This document shows positions 9,007 to 19,084 of a DNA stretch of 64,000 nucleotides, one piece after another. A program made the position numbers and the translations under genes. The notes below the pieces were generated by a model. That model saw only the letters and a program-made list of their open reading frames with translations. It was not told the origin of the DNA and searched no databases. The stretch is from an uncultured bacterium (GTDB taxonomy: Bacteria > Planctomycetota > UBA1135 > GCA-002686595), in the NCBI GenBank assembly GCA_943787795.1, contig CALSNU010000001.1, positions 736,001 to 800,000 on the forward strand. The letters are read 5' to 3'. The first letter of the stretch is position 1, and every line of letters begins with the position of its first letter.

Positions 9007-10479
9007 ATGATCCTCGAGAGCCTCCTCCTCGCTGCGGCGAGCCTCCAGGTTGCGGACGACGGCGCTATCACGATCGGCCAGGCCCGGCAACTCTTCGTGG
9101 ACCGTCACCTGATCGAGTCCACCGAGGGCTGCGAACTCCGGCTCGCGGCCCCCAGGGATGAGGGCCCGGTGTTCGAGTTCGACGCGCCCTGGGAGGGGCG
9201 CTTCTCCGCCTACTCGACGGTGATCGCCCACGAGGGGAGCTTCCTCCTGTACTACCGCGGTCTCGCGACAGCGGGGGCTGACGGTTCGGATCTTGAGCGG
9301 ACGTGCGTGGCGATGAGCGACGACGGTCTCAAGTGGCGCCGGCCTTCGGTCGGCCTCTTCGAGGTTGGGGGCAGCCGGGATAACAACGTGGTGCTCGCGG
9401 AGGAGCCGCCGTTCTCCCACAACTTCAGCCCCTTCCTGGATACCCGGCCCGGCGTCCCCGCGGGCGAGCGCTTCAAGGCGCTGAGCGGCATCGAGGCCTC
9501 GGGCCTCGTGGGCTGGAGGTCCGCCGACGGGCTGCGGTGGGAGCGCGTGAGGGAAGCGCCGCTCATGACGGACGGGATGTTCGACTCCCAGAACGTGGCC
9601 TTCTGGTCGGAGGCCGAGGGCTGCTACGTCTGCTACATGCGGACCTGGACGGGGGAGAACTACACCGGCTTCCGCTCGGTGAGTCGAGCGACGTCCACGG
9701 ACTTCCTGACCTGGACGGAGTCGCGGCCCATGACCTTCACGGGGGAAGGCCTGGAGCACATCTACACCAACCAGACCCACCCGTACTTCCGCGCTCCTCA
9801 GATCTACGTCGCCGTCGCCGCCCGCTTCATGCCTGGCCGGGCGGTGCTCGACGCGGAGAGTGCGGCGCGGCTCGGCGTGGATCCCGCGTACTTCCGCGAC
9901 TGCTCCGACGCGGTCCTGCTCACCTCCCGCGGTGGGTCGACCTACGACCGGACCTTCCGGGAGGCCTTCCTGCGGCCGGGCGTTGGCCTGGAGAACTGGG
10001 TCTCTCGCTCCAATTATCCGGCCTTGAACGTGGTCCAGACCGGTCCGGCGGAGATGTCGCTGTACGTCAACCAGAACTATGCGCAGCCGACCGCGGCGCT
10101 GCACCGCTACTCCCTGAGGCTCGACGGCTTCGCGAGCCTCCACGCGGGGTTCGCGGGCGGAGCGCTGACCACGCGACCGCTCCGCTTCGAGGGAGACGCC
10201 CTCGAGGTCAACTACGCGACGTCGGCGGCGGGAGGGCTACGGGTGGAGGTCCTCGGGAAGGACGGCGAGGCGATCCCTGGCTTCGGCCTCGAGGAGGCCG
10301 CGGAGCTCATCGGCAACGAGGTGGATGGGGCGGTCCAGTGGACGGGCGGCGCTGACCTCGGGGCGCTCGCGGGGCAGCCAGTTCGCCTCCGGTTTCACCT
10401 GAGCGATGGGGACCTGTATTCGTGGCGCTTTCACCAGGCGCCGGTCAGGGTCGAGCTAGACGAATCGCGAGGCGGCTGA
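9007..10479 (+). CDS. Exported glycoside-hydrolase-like beta-propeller protein
   Basis: RQLFVD, Asp-box-like SDDGLKW/SADGLRW/STDFLTW repeats, FDSQN, LRLDGFASL. Confidence 0.7.
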   Translation: MILESLLLAAASLQVADDGAITIGQARQLFVDRHLIESTEGCELRLAAPRDEGPVFEFDAPWEGRFSAYSTVIAHEGSFLLYYRGLATAGADGSDLERTCVAMSDDGLKWRRPSVGLFEVGGSRDNNVVLAEEPPFSHNFSPFLDTRPGVPAGERFKALSGIEASGLVGWRSADGLRWERVREAPLMTDGMFDSQNVAFWSEAEGCYVCYMRTWTGENYTGFRSVSRATSTDFLTWTESRPMTFTGEGLEHIYTNQTHPYFRAPQIYVAVAARFMPGRAVLDAESAARLGVDPAYFRDCSDAVLLTSRGGSTYDRTFREAFLRPGVGLENWVSRSNYPALNVVQTGPAEMSLYVNQNYAQPTAALHRYSLRLDGFASLHAGFAGGALTTRPLRFEGDALEVNYATSAAGGLRVEVLGKDGEAIPGFGLEEAAELIGNEVDGAVQWTGGADLGALAGQPVRLRFHLSDGDLYSWRFHQAPVRVELDESRGG

Positions 10480-10513
10480 GTTCATCGGTGCACCTCTCAC
10501 CCTTCACGCTCCC

Positions 10514-12586
10514 ATGCTTCAAGCGCTGCTGCTCTGTCTCGTCGGCCCCTCTGTCTCCCAGGACCTGACGCCGGACGTGGTGATTTACGGGGGGACGAGC
10601 GCCGGAGTGATCGCCGCCTGTCAGGTCCAGCGCATGGGGGGCAGCGTCTTGCTCGTTGACCCCGACGGCCGGCTCGGGGGGCTCTCCAGCGGCGGGCTGG
10701 GGGCCACCGACATCGGGCACAAGGACGCGGTCGGGGGACTCTCTCGCGAGTTCTACCGGCGCGTATCGCGCCACTACGACCGGCCCGAGGCCTGGCGCCA
10801 GGAGCGCGCCGAGGAGTACCAGGGGGGAGCCCGCGCCAGCGATGGCGAGGTCATGTGGGCCTTCGAGCCGCACGTGGCCGAGCAGATCTTCGAGGGGTTG
10901 ATCGAGGAGTACGGCGTCACGGTCCTCCGGGGCGAGCGACTCGACCGGTCCCCCGGCGGCATCGGGCTTGCGACGGCAGAGGGCGGCGACGGCCCCACGA
11001 TCCAGTGGATCAAGACCGAGTCCGGGCGCCGGATCGAGGGGCGAGTGTTCATGGACGCGACCTACGAGGGAGACCTCATGGCCCTCGCGGGGATCAGCTA
11101 CACGGTGGGGCGCGAGGGGGAGGCGGAGTTCGGTGAGTCCCTGGCGGGCGTCCGCACGGCCCTCGCCCGCTACCACCAGTTCGCCCCCGACGTCGATCCC
11201 TGGGTCCGCCCCGGCGACCCCACCAGCGGACTCCTGCCGGAGGTGGGGCAGGAGGGGCCGCGGAGAGACGGCGAGGGAGACCGCAACGTGCAGGCCTACT
11301 GCCTGCGGCTCTGCTTCACGGATGACCCGGAGAACCGGCGGCCCATCGTCGCGCCCGAGGGCTACGACGCCGCGCGCTACGAGCTCCTGCTGCGCGACTT
11401 CGAGGCGGGCGCGGACCGCGCGCCCTGGAGTCCGATCGGGATGCCGAACCGCAAGACCGACACCAACAACAACCGCGGCGTGTCCCTCGACTGGATCGGC
11501 CACAGCGAACCCTGGGCCGAGGCCAGCTACGCGGAGCGCGCGGACCTCTACCAGGCCCACCGGCGCTGGACCGAGGGGCTGCTCTGGACGCTGGTGTCGA
11601 GCGACCGGGTGCCCGAGGAGATCCGCGCGGAGATCAGGCGGTGGGGGCCAGCGAGGGACGAGTTCGTGGAGACGGGCGGGTACTCCCCTCAGCTCTACGT
11701 GCGCGAGGCGCGGCGCATGCGGGGGGCGCTGGTGATGACCGAGCACCACTGCCGGAGCGTCGAGACCGCGACCGCGCCGGTGGGACTGGCGGCGTACACG
11801 ATGGACTCCCACAACGTGCGGCGCTACGTGGACGCGTCAGGGCACGTGCGCAACGAGGGGGACGTGCAGGTGCGCGTCCCGCGGCCGTTCCGCATCGGGT
11901 ATGACGCGCTGACCCCGGTCCGCGCCGAGTGCGAGAACCTGCTCGTGGTCTGCTGCCCCTCCGCGACCCACGTGGCCTTCGGTTCGATCCGGATGGAGCC
12001 CGTGTTCATGATTCTCGCCCAGTCGGCGGCCACCGCCGCCGTGCACGCCGTCCGTTCGGCCTGCAGCGTCCAGGCGGTGGATCGGGACCGGCTCGAGGAG
12101 CGGCTGCTGGCCGACGGCCAGGTCCTCGCTCCCCCGCCGGCCAAGGAGGCGCAGACGGGCCGCCCCCTCGGGAGCCTCGGGACCATCGTGGTGGATGAGG
12201 ATGCGGCCGAGCGCGACGGCTTCGAGATCCTCAGCCAGTCGGCGGCCGGGTGGTTCGGGGCGGGGTACCGGCACGACGGCAATGATCGCAAGGGGGCACA
12301 GCGGGTGCGCTACCGGCTCCAGGTCCCCGAGGCGGGGCGTTACGAGGTGCGCGTCGCCTGGACGGCGAGCGGGAACCGTGCTTCCGCGGTGCCCGTCGAG
12401 GTCCGGACCGGCGGGCGGTTCGAGCGCTTCGAGCTGGACCAGCGACAGCCCCCGAGCCAGGGCGCGTTCCAGATCCTCGGGTCCTGGGAGCTCGAGCCGG
12501 GAGAGCTGGTCGTGGAGATCTCGAATCGCGGGACGGACGGCTATGTCATCGCTGATGCCGTGGCGCTCCAGCCCGTGACGGACTGA
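10514..12586 (+). CDS. Exported FAD-dependent oxidoreductase with C-terminal xanthan-lyase/golvesin-like beta-sandwich
   Basis: DVVIYGGTSAG, DATYEGDL, YVREARRM, SIRMEPVFM; C-terminus GTDGYVIADAV. Confidence 0.85.
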   Translation: MLQALLLCLVGPSVSQDLTPDVVIYGGTSAGVIAACQVQRMGGSVLLVDPDGRLGGLSSGGLGATDIGHKDAVGGLSREFYRRVSRHYDRPEAWRQERAEEYQGGARASDGEVMWAFEPHVAEQIFEGLIEEYGVTVLRGERLDRSPGGIGLATAEGGDGPTIQWIKTESGRRIEGRVFMDATYEGDLMALAGISYTVGREGEAEFGESLAGVRTALARYHQFAPDVDPWVRPGDPTSGLLPEVGQEGPRRDGEGDRNVQAYCLRLCFTDDPENRRPIVAPEGYDAARYELLLRDFEAGADRAPWSPIGMPNRKTDTNNNRGVSLDWIGHSEPWAEASYAERADLYQAHRRWTEGLLWTLVSSDRVPEEIRAEIRRWGPARDEFVETGGYSPQLYVREARRMRGALVMTEHHCRSVETATAPVGLAAYTMDSHNVRRYVDASGHVRNEGDVQVRVPRPFRIGYDALTPVRAECENLLVVCCPSATHVAFGSIRMEPVFMILAQSAATAAVHAVRSACSVQAVDRDRLEERLLADGQVLAPPPAKEAQTGRPLGSLGTIVVDEDAAERDGFEILSQSAAGWFGAGYRHDGNDRKGAQRVRYRLQVPEAGRYEVRVAWTASGNRASAVPVEVRTGGRFERFELDQRQPPSQGAFQILGSWELEPGELVVEISNRGTDGYVIADAVALQPVTD

Positions 12587-12610
12587 CGGTCCCGGACCCG
12601 CGCTCGGCCG

Positions 12611-14230
12611 TCAGCGCCCCGAGCCGGATGCGTCTGGGGCGACCTTCGAAGCAGCCGCCATTCCACGCGGGGGCCGCGAGAGCGGAGCGGTTCGCCCGCC
12701 CTCCGGGGCGGTCAGGCGGGCGAGGAGCGCTCTCATCTCGTCGCGCTTCTCGGGCTCGGTGGCGAACAGGTTGGTCGCCTCTCCCGGATCCCGGCCGAGG
12801 TGGTAGAGCTGGCCCGCGGGCGGCTCCCCCTCGCCCTCGGGGAGCGCGTACTCCTTCATCCAGCCCTTCGAGTAGTTGTTGCCGCCCGAGCCGGCGTGGT
12901 CCAGGTACTTCCACGGGCCCACCCGCAGCTGGAACTGACCGCGGAAGCTCTGGGTGATCATGTAAGGCCGGATAGTCTCGGCGTCGTCCTGCAGGCCGAG
13001 CATCGCCGGGAGCATGTCGAAGCTGTCCACGGCGACCTCGGCGGGGAGCTCGTATCCCGCGACGGACGCGACGGTCGCGAAGAGGTCGGTGGTGTTCGTG
13101 AGCTGGCTGGAGACCTGACCGGCGGGGATGTGACCGGGCCAGCGAGCGATGAACGGGACGCGGTGCCCGCCCTCCCAGCCGTCGCGCTTCATGCCGCGCA
13201 GCCCGCCCGCGGCGTCGTGCTCGTGGTCCTCGCGCATCCAGCGCGTGTGCAGCGTCTCGGGACCGTTGTCCGAGTTGAACATCACAAGCGTGTCCCCACC
13301 GATCTCCAGCTCAGCCAAGGCGTCGAGCAGCCGGCCCGTGATCTGGTCGAGCTCCCGCACGAAGTCCCCGCGCGGCCCGGCGCCGGAGGTCCCCGCGAAC
13401 TCAGGCGAGGGGAGCACGGGCGCGTGGGAGATCTGGGTCGACAGCACCAGGAAGAAGGGCTCGTCCGGGCGCTGCTCCCGGTGGGACCGGATGAAGGTGA
13501 GGGCCTTCTCCAGGAAGAGCTGGTCCGCGCCCACGAAGCGATACCCCGGCGCCATCCAGCCCTCGTCATTGTCCCAGCGCCACTTGCCGCCCGGGTTCGG
13601 CAGGCGGTCTCGCTTGTGGCGGACGCTCGCGGGCGTCACGACCATGCCGTCCTGGAGGTAGAGGTAGAGGGGGTCGGTGGTGGGGCAGTTGGGCGTCACG
13701 AAGGACACGTCGAAGCCCCGGGCGTTCGGCCCATCCACGAGCGGGGTGCTCTTCTCGTAGTCGATCTTGAGGGAGTTCTCGAAGCCGCCGCCCAGGCGCT
13801 TCCCCTCGCTATCGAACCATGTCAGCCCCACGTGCCACTTGCCGAACACCGCGGTGCGGTAGCCCGCCGAGCGGGCCATGTCCGCGATCGACACCATCCC
13901 CGGCTCGAGGTAGCTCGGCCCCCCCGGCCCCTCGAAGGCCCGGGACCCGCGACCCGTCCGGCAGATCAGCTGGCCCGCGTAGAGCCCCGCCCGGGAGGGG
14001 GAGCAGATGGTCGAGGGGCTGTGGGCGTCCGTGAAGCGGATGCCCTCTGCCGCCATCTGATCCAGCCGCGGCGTCTCGTAGGCCGACTCAGGGTTGTAGG
14101 CCGAGAGGTCCCCGTAGCCGAGGTCGTCCGCGTAGACGATCACGACGTTCGGGAGATCCTGAGCCGCCGAGGTCAGCGGGCTCAGGGAGGCGAACAGAGC
14201 GAGCAAGGACAGCCGAATGGGGGAGGGCAT
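12611..14230 (-). CDS. Arylsulfatase (Cys-type)
   Basis: PNVVIVYADDLGYGD, CSPSR, GKWHVG, SDNG, EGGHRVPFI. Confidence 0.93.
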   Translation of the reverse strand: MPSPIRLSLLALFASLSPLTSAAQDLPNVVIVYADDLGYGDLSAYNPESAYETPRLDQMAAEGIRFTDAHSPSTICSPSRAGLYAGQLICRTGRGSRAFEGPGGPSYLEPGMVSIADMARSAGYRTAVFGKWHVGLTWFDSEGKRLGGGFENSLKIDYEKSTPLVDGPNARGFDVSFVTPNCPTTDPLYLYLQDGMVVTPASVRHKRDRLPNPGGKWRWDNDEGWMAPGYRFVGADQLFLEKALTFIRSHREQRPDEPFFLVLSTQISHAPVLPSPEFAGTSGAGPRGDFVRELDQITGRLLDALAELEIGGDTLVMFNSDNGPETLHTRWMREDHEHDAAGGLRGMKRDGWEGGHRVPFIARWPGHIPAGQVSSQLTNTTDLFATVASVAGYELPAEVAVDSFDMLPAMLGLQDDAETIRPYMITQSFRGQFQLRVGPWKYLDHAGSGGNNYSKGWMKEYALPEGEGEPPAGQLYHLGRDPGEATNLFATEPEKRDEMRALLARLTAPEGGRTAPLSRPPRGMAAASKVAPDASGSGR

Positions 14231-14267
14231 GGCCCCATGGTACGGACCGCTCCCCTGCGCCAGCCTC

Positions 14268-15419
14268 TCAGACCGTCGCGACCGGCGCGGTCTCGCCCAC
14301 GGGGGCGAGGGCCTCGTCGGCGCTCCAGAGGACGTTGTAGATGGTGTCGCGCTCGACCGGGATGCGGCCCGCGTCGCGGATCCACTGGACGAGCTCGGCG
14401 CGCAGGACCTTCTGGGGGGTGGTGGCGCCCGCCTCGTGGTAGATCTTCTCCTCGACCACGGTGCCGTCCACGTCGTCCGCCCCGTAGGCCAGCGCCATCT
14501 GGGCGACCGGGATCGAGAGCATGATCCAGTAGGCCTTGATGTGGGGGATGTTGTCGAGCAGCAGGCGGCTCACGGCGATCTCCCGCAGCTCCTCCAGGGC
14601 TGTGGGCCCGGGGAGGTGGCTCCACTCGGTGTTGTCCGGGTGGAAGCTGAGGGGGATGTAGGTCTGGAAGCCGCCGGTCTCGTCCTGCAGGAGGCGCAGG
14701 CGGTCCAGGTGGTCGACCCGCTCCTCCACGGTCTCGATGTGGCCGTGGAGCATGGTGCAGTTGGAGTGCAGGCCCGCCTGGTGCACGGTGCGCGCCGTGT
14801 CGATCCACTCGTCGCCGGTATTCTTCTTGTCGTAGCCCTCGTCGCGCACGCGGTCCGCGAAGACCTCGGCGCCGCCGCCGGGGCACGAGCCGAGCCCGGC
14901 TTCCACGAGCTCCGGCAGCACCTCCGCCAGGGGCTTCTTGGCCCGGCGCGCGATCTGCATCAGCTCGATCATGGTGAACGCCTTGATGTGGATGCCCGGT
15001 CGGACCTCCTTCACGGCGCGCAGGATGTCGAGGTAGTACTCGTAGGGGAGCTTGGGGTAGATCCCCGCCACCATGTGCACCTCGGTCACCGGCTCGTCGA
15101 GCTGGGCGCGGATCTTCTCGGCGACCTCCTCCGGCTTCATCACGTAGGCGCCCTCCTGGCCGGGGAGGCGCTGGAACGCGCAGAAGCGGCAGAGCTTGTT
15201 GCAGACGTTCGTGTAGTTGACGTGCTGATTGACGTTGAAGTACGTCAGGTCGCCGTGCTTGCGCTCGCGGACCCAGTTGGCCAGCGCGCCGACTGCGTGC
15301 AGGTCGGCGCCGTAGAGGCGGACGCCGTCCTCTCGGGAGAGGCGCTCGCCGGCGAACACGCGCTCCGCGATGTCCCCGATCCCGGCGGCCGCGGCCTGGG
15401 TTTGGATGGCGCTGCTCAT
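14268..15419 (-). CDS. mqnE: Aminofutalosine synthase (radical SAM)
   Basis: NYTNVCNKLCRFCAF, PGGGAE, LDNIPHIKAYW, GADDVDGTVVEEKIYH; adjacent to mqnC. Confidence 0.9.
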   Translation of the reverse strand: MSSAIQTQAAAAGIGDIAERVFAGERLSREDGVRLYGADLHAVGALANWVRERKHGDLTYFNVNQHVNYTNVCNKLCRFCAFQRLPGQEGAYVMKPEEVAEKIRAQLDEPVTEVHMVAGIYPKLPYEYYLDILRAVKEVRPGIHIKAFTMIELMQIARRAKKPLAEVLPELVEAGLGSCPGGGAEVFADRVRDEGYDKKNTGDEWIDTARTVHQAGLHSNCTMLHGHIETVEERVDHLDRLRLLQDETGGFQTYIPLSFHPDNTEWSHLPGPTALEELREIAVSRLLLDNIPHIKAYWIMLSIPVAQMALAYGADDVDGTVVEEKIYHEAGATTPQKVLRAELVQWIRDAGRIPVERDTIYNVLWSADEALAPVGETAPVATV

Positions 15420-16661
15420 GCCCGAACCCCGGGCGCGGCGTCTTCACGGTTGGCGGGGAACACGGGCTCGTCGTGGCGTTCGTCCACGAGCCCGTACCAG
15501 GAGTTGCGCTGGCGCGGCGTGAAGCCCGCCGACTGGATCAGGTGCTCCACGGTCTGGACCGAGGAGAGGTGGAAGCAGCCTGCGGCGGAGACGACGTTCT
15601 CCTCCAGCATGGTGCCCCCGAAGTCGTTGGCGCCGAACTGCAGGCTCATCTGGCCCATCTTCATGCCCTGGGTCACGTAGCTGGTCTGGATGTTGTCGAC
15701 GTTGTCGAGGAAGATCCGGCTCAGGGCCTGCACCCGCAGGTAGACGGCCGGCGTGGCCTTCTCCGGGTAGTCCTGCTCCTCGGGGACGCCATCGGGCTGG
15801 CAGGTCCAAGAGATGAAGGCCGTGAAGCCGCCGGTCTCGTCCTGCAGGTCGCGGACACGCTGGAAGTGCTCGACCCGCTCGGCCGCCGTCTCCACGTGGC
15901 CGAACATCATCGTCGCGCTCGAGCGCAGGCCGCCCTCGTGGATCTTGCGGTGCACGTCGAGCCAGCGGTCGGTGGTGGTCTTCTTCGGCGCGATGATCTT
16001 GCGTACGCGCTCCACGAGCATCTCGGCGCCGGCGCCCGGGACGCTTCCGAGGCCCGCCGCCTTGAGGTCACGGATGACCTCCTCGATGGGCCGCTTCTCG
16101 TACTGGGCGAAGTGGTCCAGCTCGGGGGCGGACAGCGCGTGACTGTTCACGTCCGGGAAGCGCTCGCGCAGGTCACTGATCAGCTCGCCCCACCACTCTG
16201 ACAGGATGCGCGGATGGTGCCCGCCCTGCATGAGCACCTGCCGGCCGCCCAGGCGCGCGAGCTCGCTGACCTTGTCGTAGATCTCTGTGCGCGAGAGGAC
16301 ATAGGCCTCCGGATCACCGGGGGACCGGTAGAAGGCGCAGAACCCGCAGTCGGTCAGGCAGACGTTCGTCGGGTTGATGTTCCGGTCGACGATGTACGTC
16401 ACCCGGTTCTCGGGGTGCTTGCGACGGCGGACGATGTCGGCGAGCCGCCCGAGGGTCAGGAGGTCCGCGTGGTCGTGGAGGTGGAGGGGCCTCCTCGGCG
16501 CTGATGCGCTGGTCGTCCTCGACCTTGCCCGCGATTCGCGCGACGACCTCGTCGTTCTTGCTCGCGGAGGCGAGGGGAGAGCGCCACTCCTGGGGGCGCC
16601 GCCCGGAAGGGGTCTCGTGGGGGCCTCGGGCGGCCTCGGTGGCAGATGCGACCTCGATCAT
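15416..16661 (-). CDS. mqnC: Cyclic dehypoxanthinyl futalosine synthase (radical SAM); apparent +1 frameshift at 16486-16489
   Basis: VTYIVDRNINPTNVCLTDCGFCAF, LMQGG, FGANDFGGTMLEENVV; N-terminus joins if one base is removed from the gggg run. Confidence 0.88.
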
Positions 16662-16902
16662 GGCGCGGAGATCCTAGGCGATTCCGACGTGCTTCTTACC
16701 CCCCTGAACGCCCCTCTTCGCGGGTATCCCCCTGTGGCGCCCGCAGGGCCCTGGGGCGCGGCGGGAGGCCGCACTAAAGCGGCCCGAAATCGTCACCATG
16801 GCGCTACCTTGTGTCTCGGCGGTGCCCATGGGCGGCGCTGCCGCGGCCGGAGCCCTGCTCGGCCCAACCCAAGTCACTGCCGCCGAGGCGGAGGAACCCA
16901 GA

Positions 16903-18126
16903 ATGAAGACCAGCTTGATTGCCGTGACGAGCCTGATGGCCCTCGCGGCGCCCCTTCCAGGCGCAGGACCAGGACGCCCAGGCGCTCCTGCAGTCCGTGA
17001 TCGCGCTCGAAGAGGAATACGACGACGCCTACGCCGACTGGCGCGAGGAGCTCACGGCTCGCTCGAGCGCCTGGCGTGCCGCCTACGAGAAGGACCCCGA
17101 CGCGCCCCGCCCGGAGCGCCTGCCCCAGGTGGAGCCGGACTTCTGGCCGCGCTTCAACGAGGCGGCCGCGCAGGGGTCGGCCATGGCCCAGCTGTGGTGC
17201 ATCGAGCACTACGTCCCGGGCGACGTGGTCCCCAAGGCCCAGCAGGAGTCGGACTTCACCCGCCGGATCGTGACGCTCCTCACGGACGCGAGCGCGCCCC
17301 ACGAGAAGCTGCCCCAGCGCGGTCATGACGCGCAGCCGTGGCCACGCCATGGCCCAGGAGACCACGGACGCGCTGTTCGTCATGATCGGGCAGCTGGCGT
17401 CCAGCGCGGACGTCGCAGCCGAGGCCGCCTACAACCGGGCTTCCCTCGTGGACGACCGGCGCGGGACCCTCGAGGAGCGCAAGCCCGCCCTCGACCGCTA
17501 CCGCGCGGTCGCCGCCTCCTTCCCCGTCGACCAAGTACGGCCAGCGTGCGAACGGTCAGGTCTTCAAGGTCGAGCGCCTGCAGCTCGGCATGAAGGCCCC
17601 GGAGATCGTCGGCAAGGACATCGACGGCAACGACATGAAGCTCTCCGACTTCAAGGGCAAGGTCACCGTCCTGGACTTCTGGGGCTTCTGGTGAGGCCCC
17701 TGCGTTGCGATGATCCCGCACGAAAAGACGCTCGTGAAGCGTCTGGAGGATCAGCCCTTTGCTCTCGTTGGCATCAACAGCGACAACGAGAAGCGTTACC
17801 GAGAGCGTCGGCCCGAGATGGGCGTGACCTGGCGTAGCTTCTTCGACGGTGGCTCCACCGGCGGCCCGATCGCCAGCCAGTGGGGCGTCACCGGCTGGCC
17901 CACGATCTACGTCCTCGATGCCGAGGGCAAGATCCGCTACCAGGGGGTCCGCGGTGACGCGATGGACCGCGCCGTGGACACGCTCCTCGTGGAGATGGGG
18001 GTCACGGACTTCGAACGGGGCCATTACGGCGAGGAGAAGCCGGCGGCCAAGCCGACCGGCGGCAAGCGCACGAGGGGCCTCGTCCCGCTGATCCCGGCGC
18101 CCAAGAAGGGCAAGTCCGGCCTCTGA
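16903..18126 (+). CDS. Exported TlpA/peroxiredoxin-like thiol-disulfide oxidoreductase, probable selenoprotein (UGA 17692-17694); about three frameshifts in the N-terminal half
   Basis: GGAGGA RBS before ATG 16903, signal peptide, helical domain, then APEIVGKDIDGNDMKLSDFKGKVTVLDFWGFW*GPCVAMIPHE...WGVTGWPTIYVLDAEGKIR. Confidence 0.8.
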
Positions 18127-18151
18127 GCGGAGGCTGGATGACGGCAACGGC

Positions 18152-18191
18152 GGCGAGGGGCCGGCGCGGGAGACCGCGCCGGCCCCTCGCC
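18152..18191. terminator. Perfect 18-bp GC hairpin with GAGA loop downstream of the TlpA-like gene
   Basis: ggcgaggggccggcgcgg-gaga-ccgcgccggcccctcgcc. Confidence 0.65.
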
Positions 18192-18242
18192 CGTTCATGG
18201 GGGGAGCGCGCGCCGGGCGAGCGTGGTTGGCATACTCCGCCC

Positions 18243-19065
18243 ATGAACTCCCACGCTCGACCCTGCCGGATCGCTCGCGTGCCGCCCTCTGGATCGCCGG
18301 GATGCGGCGCGCCCGCGACGCCCGCGGAGGAGCCCTCGGCCGCGGAGGCGATGCCTCCTTCCGGCAGGCCCTTCCGCCGTGGCCCCTCCCGCCGAGGAGC
18401 CAATCCGTGGGCGACGGGTCCGAAGTCGCACCCGCGTCGGAAGCCGCGGGCCGCTTCGGAGCCCGAGGCTGTGGCGGAGCCCGTCACTGAGGAGCTCTCC
18501 TGGTCCGAGCTCGACCGCCGCGGCGACGGGCACCTCAAGGCCGGGCGCTTCGTCGACGCGATCGCGGACTTCGACGCGGCCGTCGCCCTTCGAGTCCGGG
18601 CCTCGAGGCCCACCACTGGCGGCGGGGGATCGCCCACTACTACGCCGGGCGCTACGCCGACGGCGCGGCGCAGTTCGAGCTGCACCGCACGGTCAACGGC
18701 AACGACGTGGAGAACGCCGCGTGGCACTTCCTCTGCGTCGCCCGCATGGACGGCGTCGACGGCGGCGCGGGCAGCGGCTCCTCCCCGTCGCCCCGGACTC
18801 CCGGGTGCCCATGATGGAGGTCCTTGAGATGTTCGCGGGGCGGTCCACCCCGGAGCAGGTGCTCGAGGTCGCAAGCGCAGCGGACGGCACCGCCCAGAGC
18901 GAGTCAGCTCTCTTCTACGCCTACCTCTACATCGGCCTGTATCACGAGGTGCTCGACCGGCCCGCCGAGGCCCGCGCGGCGATCGGCGTCGCGGCCACCG
19001 AGCACACGAGCCCGTACTACATGGGGGACGTGGCCCGCGTCCACGCCGCGTTGCTCGCCGAGTGA
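18243..19065 (+). CDS. NlpI-like TPR protein, several apparent frameshifts (about 18590-18770)
   Basis: Reconstructed across frames: GRFVDAIADFD...HWRRGIAHYYAGRYADGAAQFELHRTVNGNDVENAAWHFLC...DSRVPMMEV...FYAYLYIGLY...YMGDVARVH. Confidence 0.7.
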
Positions 19066-19084
19066 GCGGGGCCTCCCCCGTGAC

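Noticed and set aside
17710..18126. Stand-alone 138-aa redoxin ORF as listed in the ORF track
   Set aside because: It begins just after the active-site motif and is the C-terminal part of the UGA-containing gene
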